Shown piece by piece: positions 59,346-64,000 of a DNA stretch of 64,000 bases. Positions within the stretch are counted from its first letter, which is position 1. Each line of letters opens with the position of its first letter. This stretch comes from an uncultured Verrucomicrobiae bacterium. GTDB taxonomy: Bacteria > Verrucomicrobiota > Verrucomicrobiia > Limisphaerales > Palsa-1400. The stretch is taken from positions 448,001 through 512,000 of the forward strand of contig CAVPOM010000018.1 of NCBI GenBank assembly GCA_963707025.1, written 5' to 3'. The notes below the pieces were generated by a model. The model did not search any database, was not told the DNA's origin, and saw nothing but the letters and a program-made list of their open reading frames with translations. The translations under genes and the position numbers were made by a program.

Positions 59346-59374
59346 TTGACCAAGCTCCGCGCCATTGCTACTCT
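59346..59374 (+). promoter_or_regulatory. Sigma-70 promoter of the ilv leader
   Basis: TTGACC-17 nt-TACTCT with an extended -10 TGn. Confidence 0.7.
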
Positions 59375-59381
59375 GCGCCCC

Positions 59382-59435
59382 ATGAAATATCGGGCCGGCT
59401 TGTTGACAGTGGTTCGCGTCGTCGTCATGGACTGA
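59382..59435 (+). CDS. ilv leader peptide MKYRAGLLTVVRVVVMD
   Basis: 17 codons with 5 Val and 2 Leu clustered, upstream of a terminator-like hairpin and ilvN-ilvC. Confidence 0.75.
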   Translation: MKYRAGLLTVVRVVVMD

Positions 59436-59468
59436 CGCGGCCGGAGGCATGGTTCCGGCCCGCAGGCC

Positions 59469-59500
59469 GCCCGCCGATGAGCCAGGGACGCGGGCTTTTT
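59469..59500 (+). terminator. Attenuator terminator candidate
   Basis: GCCCGC (59469-74) / GCGGGC (59490-95) followed by TTTTT; loop is long (15 nt). Confidence 0.55.
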
Positions 59501-59536
59501 AGTCCCGGAACCCATAGACAAAACACGCGCCACATT

Positions 59537-60025
59537 ATGCGTCATACCTTATCCGTGCTGGTGGAGAACAAGTTCGGCGTCCTCACGCGCGTCGCCGGCC
59601 TTTTCAGCGGCCGCGGCTACAACATCGAATCCCTCAACGTCGCCCCCACCCAGCAAGCCGCCACCTCGCGCATGACCATCGTCACCAGCGGTGACGAGGC
59701 CACCCTGGATCAAATCGTCAAACAGCTCAACAAACTGGTCAACGTGCTGGAGGTCATCAATTTCGGGGAGGATGATTTTATTGACCGGGAACTGGTTTTG
59801 GTGCGCGTCTCGGTGGACGCCAAGGCCCGCGCCGAGATCATGCAGATGACCGATATTTTCCGGGCCAAAATCGTGGACGTGCAGCCCCGCAGCCTGACCA
59901 TCGAAATCACCGGCAACGACAGCAAGGTGGAAAAGTTTTTGGTCCTCATGCAGACCTTTGGCGTGGAAGAGTTGACGCGCACCGGGAAAATCGCCCTGGC
60001 CCGCAAACCATCGTCCCCGCAGTAA
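59537..60025 (+). CDS. ilvN: Acetolactate synthase small (regulatory) subunit
   Basis: [42 protein letters not shown]. Confidence 0.96.
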   Translation: MRHTLSVLVENKFGVLTRVAGLFSGRGYNIESLNVAPTQQAATSRMTIVTSGDEATLDQIVKQLNKLVNVLEVINFGEDDFIDRELVLVRVSVDAKARAEIMQMTDIFRAKIVDVQPRSLTIEITGNDSKVEKFLVLMQTFGVEELTRTGKIALARKPSSPQ

Positions 60026-60059
60026 TTCACCATTCATCATTCAACCTGCCCCATTGATT

Positions 60060-61085
60060 ATGCCTGCCAAAGTTTACACCGACAAAGACGCCGACCTGAA
60101 ACATCTGCGCAACAAGACCCTGGCCGTCCTGGGCTTCGGCTCCCAGGGCCACGCCCACGCCCTGAACCTCAAGGACAGCGGCTGCCAAGTCATCATCGGC
60201 CTGTACGAGGGCAGCAAATCCATTCCCGTGGCCCAGTCCAGGGGTTTTGAAGTGGTGGGCACGGGCGAAGCCGTGCGCCGCGCCGACGTCGTCTTTGTGG
60301 CGATTCCCGACACCAAACAGGCCAAAGTTTACCAAAAGGACATCGCCCCCAACCTGGCCCCGGGCAAGACACTCTTGTTCTCGCACGGTTTTTCGATTCA
60401 TTTCAAGACGGTGGTCCCGCCGGCCAGCGTCAACGTCATCCTCGTCGCCCCCAAAGGGCCGGGCCACATCGTCCGCCGCCAGTATGTGGAAGGCAAAGGC
60501 GTGCCCTCGCTCATCGGCATTTACCAGGACCCGGGCAAAAACTCCAAGCAAGTCGCGCTGGCCTGGGCCAAGGGCATCGGCGCCACCCGCGCCGGCGTCC
60601 TCCAGACCACCTTCAAGGAGGAAACCGAAACCGATCTGTTCGGCGAACAAACCGTGCTGTGCGGCGGCGCCTCCGCCCTGATTCAGGCCGGCTTCGAAAC
60701 CCTGGTCGAAGCGGGCTACCAGCCCGAGATGGCCTATTTCGAATGCCTGCACGAATTGAAATTGATCGTGGACCTGATGAACGAAGCCGGCATCAGCGGC
60801 ATGCGCTTCTCCATCTCCGAGACCGCCAAATGGGGCGACGTCAGCGTCGGCCCGAAAATCATTGATGCCTCGGTCAAAAAACGCATGAAGGCCGCCCTCA
60901 ATGACATCCAGTCCGGCAAATTCGCCAAAGGCTGGATCAACGAATACAACGGCGGCTACAAAAGCTACAACCGCCTGCTGAAAGCCGGCGAAAACCACCC
61001 CGTCGAAAAAGTGGGCCGGCGCCTGCGCGGATTGATGCCCTGGATGAAGAAACACTCCGTCAAAGGCGTCCAGGCAGCCTATTGA
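60060..61085 (+). CDS. ilvC: Ketol-acid reductoisomerase
   Basis: [35 protein letters not shown]. Confidence 0.97.
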   Translation: MPAKVYTDKDADLKHLRNKTLAVLGFGSQGHAHALNLKDSGCQVIIGLYEGSKSIPVAQSRGFEVVGTGEAVRRADVVFVAIPDTKQAKVYQKDIAPNLAPGKTLLFSHGFSIHFKTVVPPASVNVILVAPKGPGHIVRRQYVEGKGVPSLIGIYQDPGKNSKQVALAWAKGIGATRAGVLQTTFKEETETDLFGEQTVLCGGASALIQAGFETLVEAGYQPEMAYFECLHELKLIVDLMNEAGISGMRFSISETAKWGDVSVGPKIIDASVKKRMKAALNDIQSGKFAKGWINEYNGGYKSYNRLLKAGENHPVEKVGRRLRGLMPWMKKHSVKGVQAAY

Positions 61086-61104
61086 GTCGGGCGCCTTTCC
61101 AACT

Positions 61105-61182
61105 CGGCAGGGCCAGACTCTGTCGAGCCGTGAATCGCTTTCGTCGGAAAAAGTCAGGGTTCGACGGAGTCTCGCCCTGCCG
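61105..61182. repeat. Long imperfect inverted repeat (REP/REPIN-like) between convergent genes
   Basis: CGGCAGGGCCAGACTCTGTCGAGCC ... GGTTCGACGGAGTCTCGCCCTGCCG; 25-nt arms with 3 differences. Confidence 0.75.
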
Positions 61183-61189
61183 GGAATTC

Positions 61190-62368
61190 TCAGTTATCCC
61201 ATTTGAAGTCGGTGAGCACCCCGTCTTTGAATTCCAAATCGGCGATGGGAGCGTTGCCGTAGGTGTCGTGGTGGAAACTGACCCGGATACTGACGTTGCC
61301 AGGCGCATCGCCGGAAGGGGCGTTGTTCCTTGTGTCGTTATCAGGCTGGGGTGAATTCCGCAGGGCAACCACCCAGCCATTCTTGCCGGCCTCTCCCAGC
61401 GCGGTCATTCCGGCATCGGTCAACAGGTCACTGAGTTTGGTTTCGCCCACTTTGTATGAATTGAGGCGGCCCACCACTCTCCCGGCCGGGCTGCGGTTGC
61501 CTCCCACCTCGCCCATGCGTGGTGAGCGGCGTCCGTTGCGGGGTTCCAATTTTGGGATGTCCATTTTGCCGCTGTAAAACTCGTCAAAAAGCGCGAAGGC
61601 CTCCGGGTCGTACTTCTTGAGTCCCTCGGTGCCGGGTTCCGGCCGGGTGCCGCGCAGACCGCCCAGGCTGCCGTGGGAGTTAAAATACCACATGGTCAAC
61701 TCGGCAAAGTATTCGGCCGGGTTGGAGCCGGCGTAGGAACCCAGCCAAAGCCCTTTGTCCTTTGAGATCTGGGCTTGGGCGTCGAACTTGGCGCGGATTT
61801 CCCGGCCCATGCCGGAGCCTTCGATGTTGTGGGCGAATTCGTGCAGGCAAATATCGCTGCCGCGATAGCGGTCGGTGGGGAGGTTGAGCAGGTTCTCCTC
61901 GCCACAGGAGGTGATCAATCCACCCATGCCACGGGTGCGGCGGTCGCGGGTGGCGCCGTTGTAGGTGGGTTCGTAGAGAGGCACATGTTTGTCCTGCCGC
62001 CATTCGGGAAGATCGGTGGTGACCTGGTTGCGGCCGATGATGTGCAATTCGCCGCCAGCGGCGGCGATGTTGCTGACCGCCATCGGAATGCGGGCCGTCT
62101 CCAGCGCCATGCGGTCATAGGCGCGGTACATGGCGTCGTCCACGACGACAGCCGGGGCCTTGATGAGAATGCCGTTGAAGGAAAGGACCTTGGTGAAGAA
62201 ACCATTCTCCGGCGGATCAATCACCTGGATTTTTGGGTAGGCCGACGCCGGCTTGTTGGTTTCATCAGCGGCGTGGAGGGGCCGGGCGAGTCCGCCGGCC
62301 AGCAGGAGAGCCAGGCCCAGCACGGCGGACCGCCTGGCCTGGCCAGAGCAAACAGGAGACATTTTCAT
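61190..62368 (-). CDS. Secreted zinc metallopeptidase-like protein (HExxH)
   Basis: Signal peptide; RGMGG, GEENLL, HEFAH, NPAEYFAE, YDP. Start uncertain. Confidence 0.75.
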   Translation of the reverse strand: MKMSPVCSGQARRSAVLGLALLLAGGLARPLHAADETNKPASAYPKIQVIDPPENGFFTKVLSFNGILIKAPAVVVDDAMYRAYDRMALETARIPMAVSNIAAAGGELHIIGRNQVTTDLPEWRQDKHVPLYEPTYNGATRDRRTRGMGGLITSCGEENLLNLPTDRYRGSDICLHEFAHNIEGSGMGREIRAKFDAQAQISKDKGLWLGSYAGSNPAEYFAELTMWYFNSHGSLGGLRGTRPEPGTEGLKKYDPEAFALFDEFYSGKMDIPKLEPRNGRRSPRMGEVGGNRSPAGRVVGRLNSYKVGETKLSDLLTDAGMTALGEAGKNGWVVALRNSPQPDNDTRNNAPSGDAPGNVSIRVSFHHDTYGNAPIADLEFKDGVLTDFKWDN

Positions 62369-62442
62369 AAGACGCATAGAGCGGGTTTTTCTCGCGGCGT
62401 TTACATCGCTGCGGCCGGATTCTGGCATGGCACGGATTGATT

Positions 62443-64000
62443 TCAAGGCTGAGTTTGCGCCGGGGTCTTGCCGTCCTCAAAAACCACTTCGCCGCCGATC
62501 ACGGTCATGAGGCATTTTGTTTTTGGGATGTCCGCTTCGGGCACCGTCATGATGTCCTGCGAGAGAACGGTCATGTCCGCCAGTTTGCCCGGTTCCAGCG
62601 TGCCTCGGGAGTTTTCCTCGAACGCGGCGTAGGCGGCCCATTGGGTGAACATTTTCAGCGCCTGCTCGCGGGAAACAGCTTGTTCGGGATGCCAGCCTTC
62701 CCCGGAAAACCCGGCCAAATCCTTGCGCGCCACCGCCGCGTAAAACTCAATCATCGGCTCGCCTCTCTCCACCGGCGCGTCCGAACCGCCGGGAATGATG
62801 GAGCCGGCTTTGAGAAAGCTCTGCCAGGCATAGGCGCCTTCCAGCCGCTTCAAGCCCAGCCGGCTGGCGGCAAAATGGAGGTCGCTGATGGCGTGCGACG
62901 GCTGCATGGAGGGAATGACTCCCAGGCGGGCAAAGCGCGGGATGTCTGCCGGGGCGACAATTTGGGCGTGTTCCACCCGCCAGCGCGGCTCCGGGATTTT
63001 GCGCTGCGCAAGCGGGACGGCGCGGAAGGCTTTTTCATAAAGATTGAGAATTTCGCGGTTGGCGCGGTCGCCGATGGCGTGGGTCCAGACCTGCACGCCC
63101 TCGCGCAGGGCCTGCTCCAGCGTGGGCAGGAGGTCTTCCTCCTTCCATTTGAGGAACCCGGCGCTGTCGTAATCCGAATAGTTTTCCAGGAGGGCCGCGC
63201 CTTTGGAGCCGAGAGCGCCATCCAGAACAATTTTAATGGAACGCATCGTGAAACGGTTGTCGAAAGCGTTGGTCTGGACACCTTCCTTGAGCAGGCGCGC
63301 GCTGTCCGGGCTTGGGCCGAGAATGGCGTCGTAAATGCGCAATTTGATTTTGCCCTCCTGATAAAGGCGCTCGATCAGGTCCACTTCGGCGAAGGTATTT
63401 CCCGGAATGTGGACTTCGGTCCAGCCCAGGCTCAGGCTGCGCCGCACGGCCAGGAGCAGGGCGCGCTCGTTTTCCTCCGGCGAGGCTGGCGGGATCAGGC
63501 GGGTGATCAGTTGCCGGGCGTTGTCGAGAAACATGCCGTTGGCTTGGCCGGTTTTCTTGTCACGCATAATTTCTCCGCCAAACGGATTGGGCGTGGCGTC
63601 CTCCACGCCGGCCAGGCGGATGGCCAGGCTGTTGGCCACCGCCCCGTGGCCGTCGGCGCGGTCGAGGAAGACCGGATGGTTGGACGAGATTTTGTCCAAA
63701 TCCCAGCGGGTGGGGAAGGCCTGCCCCTTCCAGAAAGTCTCGATCCAGCCCCCGCCGGTGACCCACGCGCCGGGTTTGGCCTGGTCCGCGCGCGTTTTGA
63801 CCCGCGCCAGAAAATCATCGAGGTTGGTCAGGCCTTCCAGGTTCAAATTCATCTCCCGTTCGCCGACCCGGCTCAAATGATAATGGGCGTCGGTCAGCCC
63901 CGGCACCGCGGTTTTTCCGCCGAGGTCAATCATCCGCGTGTCCGGCCCGCGCCACCGGGCCGCCGCCGCATTCGATCCCACAAACAGGATGCGCCCGTCC
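62443..64000 (-). CDS. Amidohydrolase family 3 (YtcJ-like); 5' end outside window
   Basis: PGLTDAHYH, DGALGS, HAIGD, RVEHAQ, GSDAP, GKLAD. Confidence 0.9.
   Translation of the reverse strand, partial: DGRILFVGSNAAAARWRGPDTRMIDLGGKTAVPGLTDAHYHLSRVGEREMNLNLEGLTNLDDFLARVKTRADQAKPGAWVTGGGWIETFWKGQAFPTRWDLDKISSNHPVFLDRADGHGAVANSLAIRLAGVEDATPNPFGGEIMRDKKTGQANGMFLDNARQLITRLIPPASPEENERALLLAVRRSLSLGWTEVHIPGNTFAEVDLIERLYQEGKIKLRIYDAILGPSPDSARLLKEGVQTNAFDNRFTMRSIKIVLDGALGSKGAALLENYSDYDSAGFLKWKEEDLLPTLEQALREGVQVWTHAIGDRANREILNLYEKAFRAVPLAQRKIPEPRWRVEHAQIVAPADIPRFARLGVIPSMQPSHAISDLHFAASRLGLKRLEGAYAWQSFLKAGSIIPGGSDAPVERGEPMIEFYAAVARKDLAGFSGEGWHPEQAVSREQALKMFTQWAAYAAFEENSRGTLEPGKLADMTVLSQDIMTVPEADIPKTKCLMTVIGGEVVFEDGKTPAQTQP

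Noticed and set aside
1..64000. CRISPR arrays, IS elements, rRNA
   Set aside because: No spaced direct repeats, transposase motifs or rRNA-like sequence seen.

Overview
GC-rich bacterial DNA; the gene set and style suggest Verrucomicrobiota (an inference). About 58.7 kb (1-58718) is a single minus-strand exopolysaccharide/exosortase (PEP-CTERM-type) locus. From the right it reads: NusG/RfaH paralogue, priming sugar transferase, WbpB/D/E-like amino-sugar genes, FemAB-like GNAT, Wzc-like protein, deacetylases, three nucleotide-sugar dehydrogenases, GT2/GT4 enzymes, Wzy- and Wzx-like proteins, two MBOAT+SGNH-like pairs, a large secreted beta-helix protein, a FabL-ACP-acyl-AMP ligase-LuxE-LuxC-methyltransferase-FabZ module, cysQ, rml-type genes, an outer-membrane beta-barrel, a frameshifted exosortase and a PrsT-like TPR lipoprotein running off the left edge. 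The right end holds ilvN-ilvC behind an unannotated Val/Leu-rich leader peptide and attenuator, a REP-like hairpin, a HExxH metallopeptidase and a partial amidohydrolase. The most striking observation is a structurally aberrant tRNA-Gly(TCC) packed between a FemAB-like GNAT gene and an asparagine-synthase-like gene that lacks its N-terminal catalytic Cys. This is a candidate dedicated, non-ribosomal glycylation system for the polysaccharide. All calls come from reading motifs by eye; no searches were run.
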